Below are positions 13,094-26,084 of a stretch of DNA of 64,000 nucleotides, piece by piece; within the stretch, counting starts at the first letter, position 1; each line of letters opens with the position of its first letter. Source of the DNA: Octopus vulgaris (lineage: Eukaryota); assembly GCA_951406725.2 (NCBI GenBank), contig CATOCA020000001.1, forward strand, positions 4,650,001 to 4,714,000, read 5' to 3'. The notes under the pieces were generated by a model, which ran no database searches, had not been told where the DNA came from, and saw nothing but the letters and a program-made list of their open reading frames with translations. The position numbers and the translations under genes were made by a program.

Positions 13094-15197
13094 TAGTTTC
13101 TATTTTATAATTGGCATTTGGTCAGATTACTGCAAAGATTAGCCATTGACTGTCCACTACAAAGAGAAGGGAGCAAGAATATGCAATGGAAGTGCAGTTT
13201 AGTGCAGCCGTGCACTGGTTGTCGTCCTATTTTAAGCTGCAAAAATGTGAAAGTAAACTTCGAGAAGGAAAGGGATCAGACCGGAAGTGATGAGAATAGA
13301 ACAGGAAACAAGTGAATGCCATCTAACGGAGAACAATTCAGCTCATAGTGACGACGCCTCTACCACCGAAACATCTCGACACACTGTTTTTACTCATCGC
13401 AGGCCGGTCTCATGGATGTGTGACGGAGCTGTGTTGCGGGGAAACAGCTACGAGAACGGAAATCGACGGAAATTGACGCATCTCGACGGTTATGAAGGAG
13501 TTCAGTGTGAAGATATTAAATGCCTTTCGGTATTGCTTCAGATGTTTGACACCCGAATTTCCTGCCTCAGAGCTTCCAGAAAATGGAGATTTTAAATTAT
13601 ATTTTCTAAAACTGAGCTTCTGATGCTGTAAATTGCGATTATATCGGAATATTTGATGAAAACATTTTTCCTTCTTCAGAAAATCAGAAAATAGTAAATT
13701 TTTAATGGAATTTTTTTATAAATGCCTTTCAGAGTGTGTCAATTACAATTATATCGGAAATGAATATGAGAAAATTAATTTGGTGGATTATTACAGATAC
13801 AGAGAACAACAGGTCACATATCGACAACAGAAAATTGTGGTGTGTGTCAGTGTGTGTGTGTGTTTGCTCATTATTTTTTCTTTCCACATTAAATTCCAAT
13901 ATAATCGCATTTTACACACACTGTAACGTATTTGCAGAAAATTACCTTAGAAAATAACCCATTTTTTGTTTAAGTTCTGAGCAAACACAGACAATTCGTG
14001 TGAATTTTACGAAACTCATCTTTCCGCCCACAGACAAATTTGTTTCGCTACAAATTCCGATATAATCAGAATGATCACCATCTGAAGCGTATTAACAGAA
14101 AATTTAATTAAATATGTCCGTTTGGCGGGGAGTTATGAGGAAACAAATTCGGTGCGTCGCACACATCTGTGAGAATGGCTGCCTTCCCAAGACGGGTCTT
14201 CTGCTGGAAATCGCTGTTCCAGTCGGGAAGCTTCTCGGCTCTCCTCTCCCGCATCTGTGCGTGTCGGTGGGACATTACCGTCAAATCCAAGCACCATTTG
14301 AGTCGTCTCTTTTCCTCACTAACATCTCTCTCTCTCTCACTCACTCTCTTTCTCTAATTCTTTTTTCTTTCTTTCTCTCAGCCCTACCCAACCATCAGAA
14401 TCATCCTCACCTGACCTAAGACCGACAATGACAGAGAAAGTAGCCGTCCATCTGCAGCTGACATGTACCCTAAGCCTCGACCCCTTGAAGAATCAACGGC
14501 TTAAAATGTGTAAGAAGCCGGTTCCCATTGTTAACAGCATGTAGGTCGACGGCAGAAATATCTGGTCGGTTGTGAAAGATTGAGACAGATGCACAGGTAT
14601 CTCGACGAAATTCAGCTGCGGGGAAGTGGCATCTGTCTTTACGATCAACCATGTGTTTCATTTTTCTTGAATCTTTTATTTAAATAAGAAATTTCAGTGT
14701 TTTCCCTTTTGTACAGACATATTACGTTTATTAAGTTGTCCAAAAATGTCTGACAAATAGAATAATTTGTATAACGAATCTTATTGTGGAACAAATCTGA
14801 ATTTAATCCCAGCAGGAATATTATGTCTTCATTTTCTTAAAGTTCTAACAATTGTTTCAAAGCTTCTCCATTTCAGATTCATCACACTTCTGTTCTTCAT
14901 AAAACTTTGCTGAAATTGGATGCCATTTCCTCACAGAAGAGGAAACTATTGAGAACAAGAATTTTAATAACGTTAATAATTTTAACCGCTTCTTGTAATA
15001 TTGCAAAAGTATCTGGAAATATTTTCTGAGAAACCAACACCTCTCAGTGAAGATTGTAATAAGTGACAGAAATAGGGTTTTTATCTTACAAATTTAACTT
15101 GAACCCCAATTTCCCTCCTTATCATAGCTTCTGCATCTTTATTACATACTACATTACATTTATACCATCCAAGGCCTACTTCTATCTCTCTTTTACT

Positions 15198-15596
15198 CTT
15201 TTACTTGTTTCAGTCATTTGACTGCGGCCATGCTGGAGCACCGCCTTCAATCGAGGAACTCGACCCCGGGACTTATTCTTCTGTAAGCCCAGTACTTATT
15301 CTATCGGTCTCTTTTGCCGAACCGCTAAGTGACGGGGACATAAACACACCAGTATCGGTTGTCAAGCAATGCTAGGAGGACAAACACAGACACACAAACA
15401 TATACACACACATATATATATATACATATATACAACAGGCTTCTTTCGGTTTGCGTCTACCTAATCCACTCAAAAGGCATTGGTCGGCCCGGAGCTATAG
15501 CAGAAGACACTTGCCCAAGATGCCACGCAGTGGGACTGAACCCAGAACCATGTGGTTGGTAAGCAAGCTACTTACCACACAGCCACTCCCGCGCCT
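15198..15596 (-). mobile_element. Full-length tRNA-derived SINE
   Basis: Head aggcgcgggagtggctgtgtggtaagtagcttgc..ggttcagtccc, central (TA/TG)n, tail ..cagtcaaatgactgaaacaagtaaaag. Confidence 0.9.
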
Positions 15597-15936
15597 TTCA
15601 TCTACTTTTAGCTACAAAGTCCCCTTCTAACGAACCAATCTTCCTGGACCCTATTCTATATTACTATAGTTTGTAATTTTACTTGCTTCATCTAATTGAA
15701 TTGCATGTTTAGAGACGTTGTTTAAAAACCTTCGCATCATTTACTCCAACTAATCATTATTCATTTCTGAAATACAAATACCAACATTATCATTTCGCAG
15801 TCGAACTTTGATTCATCTGCATGTTATTTCAATGAATAATTCCAGATGTTTTCATTGCTGCTGCTAATACAAGTTCTTCGCCGATGTTGTTTGGGGTTTC
15901 TTTTATCTCTTGCAATTAAATAAACAGCTTCAAAAG

Positions 15937-16290
15937 ATGCCCTTCTACTATAACCTCTGCCCCATCAGAATATCGTGAGTGTATTTGGTAGATGGAAACG
16001 GAAAAAAGCCCGTCGTATACATATATACATACATACTTATGTGTTTGTGCTTGTATGTTTGTGCGCGTGTCTTTGTGTTTGCGTTCGAGAAGCCACCCCG
16101 CTTGACAACCAGTGTTTCTTTGTTTACGTCCTTGTGGTATAGCCGTTTGGCAAAAGACACCGTTACTAGAAGTAGTATGCATAATTATAAAAGAAAAATC
16201 TAGAGGGGTAATTCATGCGATTAAAATTCATCAAAACGGTGCCCCAGCATGGCCGCAGTCGAATTACTGAAACCAGTAAAAAATATAAGA
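15937..16290 (+). mobile_element. Older SINE copy (head truncated)
   Basis: Diverged match to the same SINE family body and tail. Confidence 0.7.
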
Positions 16291-16499
16291 TTTAAATAAA
16301 ACAATAGTTTCCTCTTCGCTAAACTTATTTGCCTTTTATAATCAGTTCGATCTCTTATTTCCATTCAATCATATTTGGCAGTTTTCTGAAGTCTTCGCAG
16401 AGACACAGATTCGATTTAACCCAACCGAAAGTAATTCAGTTGAAAAGAAGAACGGGGTTTAAGAAGAGGAATTATCTTTGCCCCGTCTGGGATAATCTC

Positions 16500-17260
16500 T
16501 TCCCTCTCATCCTTCTCTTTATTCCATTATCACGTCCTATTTCTTTCAATCTCGTTCATTCCTTATTTCCTTCCTTTTTTCTTTTATTCATTCATTCTTT
16601 TTTCTCTTTTCTTCCTTCTATCTTTCAATATAACTTGCTTTCTTTCTTCATTCTTTCTTTCTTTCAGTTTATCTGCCTTTTTTCAGTCCTTCTTTCCTTC
16701 CTTCTTCCTTTCTTTTTTCTATTTTCCATCTTCTATCTTTCTATCTCTGTTTCTTTTGTTCTTTCTTCCTTCTTTCTGTCTTTCTGTCAGTTTTTCTTTA
16801 TTTCCTTCTTTCTTATCTCCTCCTTTCTTTCTTTCTTTCTTTTATTCTTTCTCTCTTTCTTTCTTTCTTTCTTCTTTACTTTCTCCCTTCTTCCTTTCCT
16901 TCTTTCTTATCTCTTTCTTTCTTTCATTCTCTGTCTCATTTGTTATCAATCTTATTTTCTCCTTCGCAAAATAACTTCGCCGTTTGTTTATTCTTCCTTT
17001 CTTTTTTCCACACTTTCTTTATTTCCTTCTTTCTTTCTCTTCTTTCTTTGTTTTATTTCCTTCCTCATTTCATACTTCCTTTCTTTTCTTCTTTCTACTA
17101 TTCTTTCCTCTTTCTTTCTTTCTTCCTTTGTTTCTGTGTTTTTCTTTCTTTCTTTCACTCTTTTAGTTTTCCTTTACGTACTCTTTTTCTCTACCTTTCT
17201 ATCTCTCTTTCTATCTCTCTTTCTTTCTCTCTTTCTCTCTCTCTCTTTTCTTTCCTCGTA
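16500..17260 (+). repeat. Polypyrimidine (CTTT)n low-complexity tract
   Basis: Direct inspection. Confidence 0.9.
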
Positions 17261-17949
17261 AGTCGCGGTTTTCTCTTTTCGTCTAGCGTCATTTGGGAAA
17301 CATGACAACAAAGCTATAAGACGGACACACCGAACAAAGCTAGCAGTCAGAAACTCACTGGAGAAAAGGCGGCCTAGTTTCGGTTCAACTTCCAGGGAGA
17401 CTTAGACAGATAGACACACATGCTGACGTCATGAAACGAGAGGATGTATATTTTGGTGGTGGGATCCATCTTTGCCGGCACCGTTCAGTTTTGATCATTT
17501 GCCGAGTGATTCGTGTCGCCGATGTCGTCGGATACTTCTAAGTTCTTTACACCGAGCTACACTACACCTCGGATGCTGGTTCATGTCTTTCGAAAGACAC
17601 AGCGCATTGTAGTAGCTGTTCTCTAAAGCAAGTCTCTCTGAACAATATCACTAATCATAAACTAACGATGGTTTTCACCTCGTCCAATGAAAGGGTACCC
17701 GCAAGATTGTTTGTTTTTTATATCATCGGACAGCGATGGTAAGTGGAATGACAGCAGATCACCGCTTAAGTGGATCCTTTTTCTAACGTCTGGATACCAT
17801 TTCTAACGTCAGCCAGTTTATAGAGTGTTCTGATTGTGTTGATGTGGCACCAGTGAGGCTGAATGTTACATTGCACCAGCCTCCACGAGCGCACAAGATT
17901 AGGTACGCTCAGCTTAAAAGAGATGCAGGGGACATGCCTATATGCAAGA

Positions 17950-18545
17950 TCAACCACGATTTTACTTCGCCTGACGTCTTTTCTCAAGCATAGCAAACCG
18001 TCCTGTGTCTCGGTCCTTGTCATCCCTTCTGTGAGACCCAACGTCTGAAGATCCTTTCTCCCCATTTCGTTCCACGTTTTCTTGGGCCTACTCCTTCCAC
18101 AGTGTTTCCTTCACAATTAGAGATCAGCACCTCTTGATGAGAGAGTTTTCATTCATACTCATTACATGATCATACCAGCGCAGTCTTCTCTCTTGCACAC
18201 TACATCTAATGCCTCGTATACACAGTCCTTCTCTCAAATCACTTACAAACTGTTGTATACGCTCACTGATATTACTCATCCAGCGGAGCATACTGGCTTT
18301 ATTTGTTTCAAGCCTTCGCATATCTTCACTAGTCACAGCCAATGTTTCACAATCATGTAGCGCAGCTGTTCGTACATAGGCATCATACAATCTGCATTTC
18401 ACTCAGAGTGAGTGACCTATCGTCACTAACAGATGTAGTAGCTCTCAGAACTTTGCCCAGCCTATTCTTATTCAAGCAGTTATGCCTTTGGAACAACCTC
18501 ACTCCACAACATTCAACTTGGCCACCTAAGCAAACAGTCTGCTAC
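17950..18545 (-). mobile_element. Decayed RTE LINE 3' fragment
   Basis: RLYDAYVRTAALHDCETLAV...LRWM...RRLRWYDHV and G.PKKTW motifs. Confidence 0.85.
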
Positions 18546-19257
18546 TTCTAAGGGTCCTCCTGACTTTTGAGGGAGTCTATTTTTGTACGTTCCTAGTGTT
18601 TAAAGAACCTGGACATCTGCTACACGTAAAGACTACATTCTCATCTTAGGCTTCCAATGATACAAATAGATGTTGAACAAATACAGCCCCAAGGAGTCAG
18701 GACCGGCTTTAATTTCCTTGATTCCCTGATGAACTCAGTGTACAGGGAAACCGGTGACCCCCCCAGCTCAGCATAACTCCCTTATATAGAAACCTGTTTC
18801 TATAATTGTTATTCAGCAAAAAGGTGGAGGGTCATTCAAACACAATGTCATACCAACTTGAAAGATGGAGATTTCCTATATTACTCAACCAATTCTCTTT
18901 CATCACCATCATCATAGTCATCAACATCATCCTAGGAATGTCCAGCTTCTCTCTTTCAGGCTGGTGTAGGTGGGATGTTACGGACAGTAGGTCAGAGAGC
19001 TCTGTCCAACCAATCCCTCTGTCCTTGCCTTGCTTGAAACTGAGCCTCAGTAGTATTTCTCCTTGGCATAAAACAAAAGCTGCATCTCATCTACGCTAAT
19101 TCTCTGAATGAAGTTTAATATTTTGAAATGTATCGGAGCACTGACCCTTTTCAACCAATTTGAAGCGATTCAGTTTTCTGAAAAAAGGGATTTCAGCTAT
19201 AGGGCATAGAATTCGTTTCGAAACAGTAAATGTTGACCTTAAGAAGATTAATAACCC

Positions 19258-19620
19258 ATGGTTGTGTGGTTCAAAAGCTTTCTTCCTAAGTATGTGGTCG
19301 CGAGTTCAGTCCCACTCCACGGTTACTTGGGCTATTATCTTCTCCTTTAGGCCAAAGGTTAACCAAAGGATTTGTATGTGGATTTAGTAACCGGAAACTG
19401 AAAGAAGCTCATCATGTGTGTACTTGATATCATGTGATGACTAAAAACGGCCTTACCATCAATACAAGTGATGTCCGGCCGTCGGAAAATATTGCCGTGC
19501 TTGGGAACAGGTGAGAGTTGGAAGCAGCAATTGCGTCCAGCTATAGAAAATCTGCCTCAATAAATTCTGTCTGACCCATGCGAGCATGGAAAAGTAGACG
19601 TTAAATGATGACAAAGAGAA
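19258..19620 (+). mobile_element. Diverged tRNA-SINE with LINE-derived tail
   Basis: tggttgtgtgg..gagttcagtcccactccacgg.. and tail gacccatgcgagcatggaaaagtagacgttaaatgatga. Confidence 0.7.
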
Positions 19621-20328
19621 TGGCATGGGCGATGTGTGTACTTGTACATATGTATATATGTATGTACACACACACACACACGCATTTTTTAATCGAGACC
19701 CATTATGATCGGTGGGAACGTCTGAGATTCTAAGTTGGGTTTCTCTAATAGCCTGACCATCGTTTCTTACACAAACGAATCAAATTTAATCCTCTTTAGA
19801 ACAAACACTGTGTATATATGTGTCGGTGTGTGTTTGTATGCCTGTGTATGTATGTTTGCGGATGTGTGTGTGTTTGTGTGCGTGCATCCGCAAATGAACT
19901 TAATGTTGTTGTAAACATATTTCAGACAGGTGGCCAATACAATGCCTGATTCCATGCAGTCTCTACAAATTCTACCCGCACAGCTTATATCGATCTTGTC
20001 TAAATCTACAATGAAGATCTGTGGTAGTCCTTACCAAGTTCTTCTGTGTTGCCACTGAACATTTAGAACGGCTGCTCTTCATCGAAATTACAACAAAATA
20101 TCTGGAACAGATTCTCTCTGTGACATGCTGAAATAGTATCAAAGATTTGTAAACTAGACCTATCAAACCCCATTAATATCAAAACAGTTTTTAAAAATAA
20201 GAAAATCAGGAAAACATCTTTTTGTTGAATAATATATTATTTATTTACATTGAGATGAATCACACAGCTCTATAACGTATGATGTAATATATACTTTAGA
20301 ATATGTTCTACCGTAGCTTTACAATGTA

Positions 20329-20725
20329 ACTAGCAGTATCGCCCGGCGTTGCTCAGGTTTGTAAGGTAAATAACTATAAAGCATTTTTAGAGAGTTATAT
20401 CCAAAAAACAGCAAAAAGATGGAAAAAAATGATGGTAAATTTTTTTTTTAGTTAAAAAAGGTGGAGTTGAGTCCCCTAGACAGTTTGCAATTTGTGTTTC
20501 TGATTCTCGACCCCATGTCGAATTTATCGATATTTTTCAGAACTGGGGGAACTTTTCAAAATTTTCGCTGCGTTAGTTTTGAACTATGACATTGGGCTAT
20601 GTGTGTGTCAAGTTTCATCAGAATCGGTTGAAAGCCGTGGTCAGGGTGAGGGTACAACCTGACAGACACACAGACACACAGACACACAGACAGACAAACT
20701 GCCGTTTATATAGAGAGAGATATAT
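20329..20725 (+). mobile_element. Non-autonomous Helitron/DINE-like element
   Basis: actagcagtatcgcccggcgttgct start, aagtttcatcagaatcggttg, (ACAG/ACAC)n, tttatata end; related copies at ~31592-32325 and ~37518-38250. Confidence 0.6.
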
Positions 20726-21228
20726 ATTTCGAGCATTGGTTTATGAATATAATTTTGTGATTAATTCAAACAAACTTTCTAAGATTAAGCATTATCTTTA
20801 AATTAGGGTTAAATATATAAAATATATTCAAGTAAAGAAAAAAAAAAACATTTGAAAGATTTGTTGAGAGGAAAGACGACAAGGTGAGAAAAGATTAGAA
20901 TTGAAATGGAGTTTTGTGTTTCTTTTATAAGATTGTTAACATGTAAGAGTAACAATTTGAATCAGATAATGTCGTCATTGTGTGTGTGTGTGGATGGGGG
21001 GTGAAACGCTATTCCAGTGGAATACATACACTGTTTCTAGTTCATTAATATTTTATTATCAATTAACTAATTAGGAATCATTATGGTAACTATCTTTGTT
21101 CGAGGATCCAGGTTAAAACCTACGTATTTTGTGTGACTATTCCAGAAGCATCCCATCGAATAAAGAAATATAGTCAAAAGGCTGCTAATGCCAATTGCTC
21201 GTAACATATATTGATTCAATATAGGGCC

Positions 21229-23191
21229 TTATCTCTCATAATAAAATAATCCATCAAAACGGTTGTCCAAATTTCCGTAAATCATGATGAAATAATCCGA
21301 AACATGTATGGCCTTGATGTGACAGACTTCAATTTCCTGAGAGCTGAGAAAGATTTCGCATTTGCTGTCTACAGATACTTGGTGGATATTGTTATTAAAA
21401 TCTGATATGTAAATATTTTCGCCGTGGATGGTCAAGGATTTGTTGAAAATGTTTGGAAATGGTTCCTCACCTTGAATCATTAGTTGTTGACTTCTTACCC
21501 AATTGTCTCTGTACCAACATACATCGTAATGATCTTCCTTGTACTTAAGAACGACAATGTCTTCATTCGATGTCACACCCATTGCTACAACCTTCCCCTC
21601 CTTCCCTAAATTCACTCGGCCCTTATACTCGTACATTTCACCGCCAATGTGAAGTATGTCTGCGTATGTCACATATGGAATATTACTACATTCATTTGGA
21701 GCGTCTTCAAACACACATACCAGATTTTTGCCGTTCTTTTTGTACATTAAATTGTATGGTTTTTCAGTTGTGATCTTTTTTAAAAGACACAAATCTGTAT
21801 CGAAGAACATCAGTTGTTTATCGTCACGAAAGAGGACTACAAATGATTCATCGGTCCATTGACATATATCTTGAGCTTCTTTTTCAAATGTTTGACTGTA
21901 AAGCAGATGACCGTCTCCACTGGTGACCATGAGAGTACATTTATGGAGGAGCACGACGATACTATTGTCTTGTAACATAATTAGCTTAAAAGCATTAAGA
22001 AAACAAAACATCGAATTTGAATCTAGTAAACCAGATAGAGAAAATGAAAGCGGGAACATTGCTGTTCTATGTGGCAGTCTTCTCACTGATATTTCATCAA
22101 TTCCTAACATACTTTCCGCTATGTAATTACCACGTCTTACTTCTATTTCTCTTGATGTACTTCTTCTTTCTCCTCCATCGCCACCGTTTTTAAGTTTGTT
22201 AAATAATTCATTACTGAACATTCCCTTCTTCTTCTGAGATGTAATGGAAGGGAAATGAAGGCCAGAATCAAGATTCGATAACGACATAGATTCCAGAACC
22301 TTCAGTTGGTCCCCATCAATTTTTATAGTATCACATTCAATCATGTTGATATGTACACACCAGTAAATATTTCCCACTTTTCTCCATATTATACCATAAG
22401 GTACTCGACTTTCCCAAACTTTATATTTCTCCAAGTTTTGTGACTTCAGTTGAAATATTTCTTGTCTGTTAGGGAGTGTGACCAAGATATTTCTTTCTCC
22501 TGTAAAACATACACCACCAACAAAACTTCCAAAATCTCTGTAACATAGCAACTTCCCGTCTTCATCAAATAGTTTAACATTTCCACTATTGGCCATTTCG
22601 CACACAACTGTCTGTCCTTCATCAGAGATATCGATATCTTTTACTTGAACAGGACAATTGTTTGTTTGTAACCGTGAAACGGGGAATTTTTGCCGATTAA
22701 TCTTGTACAAACCTTCAATATATAAGTACGAGTCATAGTTTGCAACAATTCTCGGGCCTTTACAGTTAATACTGTTGAAATCCAACGGACGTTTATAATG
22801 TCTTTCATTTAAGAATATTCCCTTGTATTCACCGTTCTGCAACAATGAGACAATACGATACTTTTTCGTGTTTTCATAGATGTTCTTCCGCCCAGTAATG
22901 TACAAATAAGTATCATCGGTTGCCATAGAAATGGGTCGGGAATAAATACTGTGCTTAAATGAATATAAATATTGCCCGTTCGGGTTCAGAATAGTGATGA
23001 GCCTCTCGGTATTGACGATGATGTTGTCATTAGCAATAACTGAGATATGGGTGATATTATATCTGTAGCACATCCAAAATAAGTCTATTTCTCTCATAAT
23101 ACGGACAGCTGACTGTATTTCATCGATATATATATAAAACAGGCTGTTTTCAATTTCGGGTATGCGGGTACCACCACCAACATTACTGCTG

Positions 23192-23250
<59 letters not shown>

Positions 23251-26084
23251 GCTGCTGCTACTGCTACACACCAGTAGATTGTCGGATCGACAAGCGATAC
23301 AATTGTATCTATTTTCCGTGTGGTAAGTTGCCAAGATCAATGGGAAATTCCACTTTTAATGTCAGCAGTTGATAGTTATTGGTCGTTATAACCAATGTGT
23401 TTGATCGCCAGCAACACATATGTCTAGGGACAACATTTAACTTGATAGAGTCAACAAGTTGACCATCAAAAGTTAATATCTTAATGTTTTCATTTGTGCT
23501 GTCATATAAAGCAACCAGGTTATTTTCTGTAATAACCAAACAACCAATCTCCACTGGATGTTTATCTCCAAAACTTTGAGGGACAACAACTTCATGAGCT
23601 TTATCAGAAACTGTGAGATCTTGTAGATACAATCTAGAAGACAACATTTCACTGAGACTGATGTTTCTAGAAAATACATCTACCAGATCGATGAACATGT
23701 TAATTTGGCTTCTTGTGACATGATCTTTCACCAGCAAGTCATGCTCATTTACAGCAAACATGCGGCTGTTGTCTATCAAATGGACACACATTTTATCAAT
23801 ACGTCCACCATAGAGATTGGATTGTGTTTTCCCTTGCGACAGTAAAATATTGGGTATCATCTCAATGCTATAAGGACCACCGTCATAACCATAGAGATTG
23901 GAGGGTGTTTTCACTTGGGATGGTAAAACACTTCTTCTCCTCTTCCTGATGATCTTGTAGAAGAATACTGCTTTCTTACCAACAATCAATAGTTTTAGTG
24001 TTTCATTTTCTAACGATAATGATTTCATTACAAAAGGAATATTAATTTTATGAATTATTTGAACTTGATTACAATTGTTAATGTTTAAAATATCTAAATG
24101 CGATGGTTTATCGCAATAACAAATAATATGACTTTCACCCAGCTTACACACCCGTACATAAGCCTGGTTTAATGCTACACTTATAACTGCCTTTGATACG
24201 TTTCCGACGACCCGTAATTGCTTCTCTAGAGGTAATGTGACGCCTATCTGATTATAATTCCATCGACATATATCTGTAGCTGTAGACGGCAGAGATAATA
24301 TAGACACAATGTTCCCTTCGTTGGAAATGTATAACAAACAATCATTATATATGTCGGACAACACCAACTGTCCATTTGCCAGATGACATATTTCACCAAT
24401 GAGAACTTGGTCATTCTCCTTTTCTTCGAGTCGAATATTTAGATTTTTATTATAAGGATTTTGAAAGGTTACATGACAGTCTGACCAGTCATGGTACTTG
24501 TAAAGAAGAATCCGACTGAGCAGATCGTCCAGCACATAAGCTGTTCCTTGGAAAACAGCAGCGTGACAGCGAAAGTTTGAAGGAAGTTTCAACTGCCATT
24601 TCCTTTGTCCAGTTATATTGTAACAAGTCATCAAAGACTCTCTCCTGAAGATAACATAGAAGTATAATTTGTCTGTGAAAACATGATGAGGATAGCCATT
24701 GAACTCAATGTGTTTCTTGGAAAGCTCCTCACCAAAGCTTGAATAAAATATCAAGTTACGTTTCTTTCTGTCTACAACTACAAAATTAATTGGAGTAGCA
24801 GCAATGGCGACATTGTCATGTTCCAATGAAATTCTGTTTACAATGTCGACATGATCCGTTTTAATCAATAAAATATGTACCTCCACTTTACCTTCATTGG
24901 TGGTCAGAGCCAAACACCTATTTGATACCATATGACACATTTGAATGTAATTGTTTTCGACGTCTATTAAATCACCTTCAGTTAGTTGTGGACAGGTAAT
25001 ATACTGAAGTTTCCTGTCCTCACTAAAAAGGACAAGAAATGTGTTCGAATCCACTCTGCAGAAAACAGAAGGCTGGAGTTTAAAGGTTAAACATTTTCCA
25101 CCAAACGGTTGCCCTTCGTCAGTAACTAATATAGCTTTTAGATCCCGATATATAATTACTACTGAAGAGGCTGACATAGGTAGAATCGTTGTAATGTTGG
25201 AGGGGTCATCAATATGGATTTGGTTTATCAGGCTCGGGACATGGTCTTGGTGATGGTAAGACAGCCGAGGCCAAAAATCTTTATTTGTCCTAATAATATG
25301 TACAAGACCAAAACGGTCAGTCAAGTAAATATTATTTGTTGCCACACAAATATATCGAGCTTTTATCCCAATTTCTCTTTGGGACACAGCACCGTTTGCT
25401 GAAATCTTGTAAATTACATTTCCTTGCAGAGCGTAAGAATAATTTCGATATACGGTGAGGTCGGTTGGAATATCGATGGAATGGGTCCTCAACTGAAACA
25501 AGTGTCTGCCATCTATTGTGTAACAGCTAATTCTATTTATATTAGCTAAGGCTATTAAGATATGATACTGTGGACCAACTGCTATGTTTCCAACAATTTC
25601 TTGTACACTAAATTTTTCTTCAAATTTATTTTTATCCCAGTCTATGAGATATATTGTCTTACTAAACATTTCAGTCCCTACAAATGTAGAATGTTCGAAA
25701 TAGAAATTGTAAAGAAACTATAATCCAGAGATTTTATGTGGAAACTTGATGGATTAATGAAAACTATTTTCTTGCGGAAAGGAATTGTGGCTAGAACAGT
25801 GTGTTCACCAATTCTTGTCATGTCTGTGACATTAGAAGAACAATGAAAATCAAAATCACCGCCTGTTGTGGCACAACTTATTAACTTCAAATCTGGTGAA
25901 TAGGTTACTATTCCATTGCAGATTTCAACGATTCTTGAAACTGTGACCAGGTTCTTGGAATCATTATCGGAGTCTGTGAGCTGCAATATTTTGGACACAG
26001 CTGGGCAAAGGGGACGGAATTTGGATGAATGCGACTTCATAATACTTTTACAGTCAAAACGTGGTATCTGCATGTAGTGATCAT
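21229..26084 (-). CDS. Giant terminal exon (~1,620 codons), about six tandem NHL/TRIM-like beta-propeller modules; two 1-nt frameshifts (~25700, ~23342)
   Basis: ttattcag|(g)at gat cac tac atg cag.. phase 1. ORFs 25678-26073, 23309-25669 and 21229-23340 abut or overlap in shifted frames. A recurring motif appears roughly every 220-300 aa, e.g. IGEICHLANGQLVLSDIYNDCLLYISNEG...DICRWNYNQIGVTLPLEKQL. AATAAA at 21052-21057 (minus) lies downstream of the stop. Confidence 0.85.

Noticed and set aside
14169-14357. MAAFPRR.. ORF resembling a mitochondrial transit peptide
   Set aside because: No convincing donor site or downstream exons; runs into a CT repeat.
15198-15596. tRNA gene
   Set aside because: tRNA-derived SINE head only; no complete cloverleaf.
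18726-18756. CUGAUGA...GAAACCGGUG hammerhead-like motif
   Set aside because: Stems I and II do not pair and the triplet is GUG; at best a dead relic.
22585-22625. Hammerhead-like CUGAUGA...GAAAUGGCCA on the minus strand inside the terminal exon
   Set aside because: No stem I, poor stem II; explained by codons SDEGQTVVCEMA.
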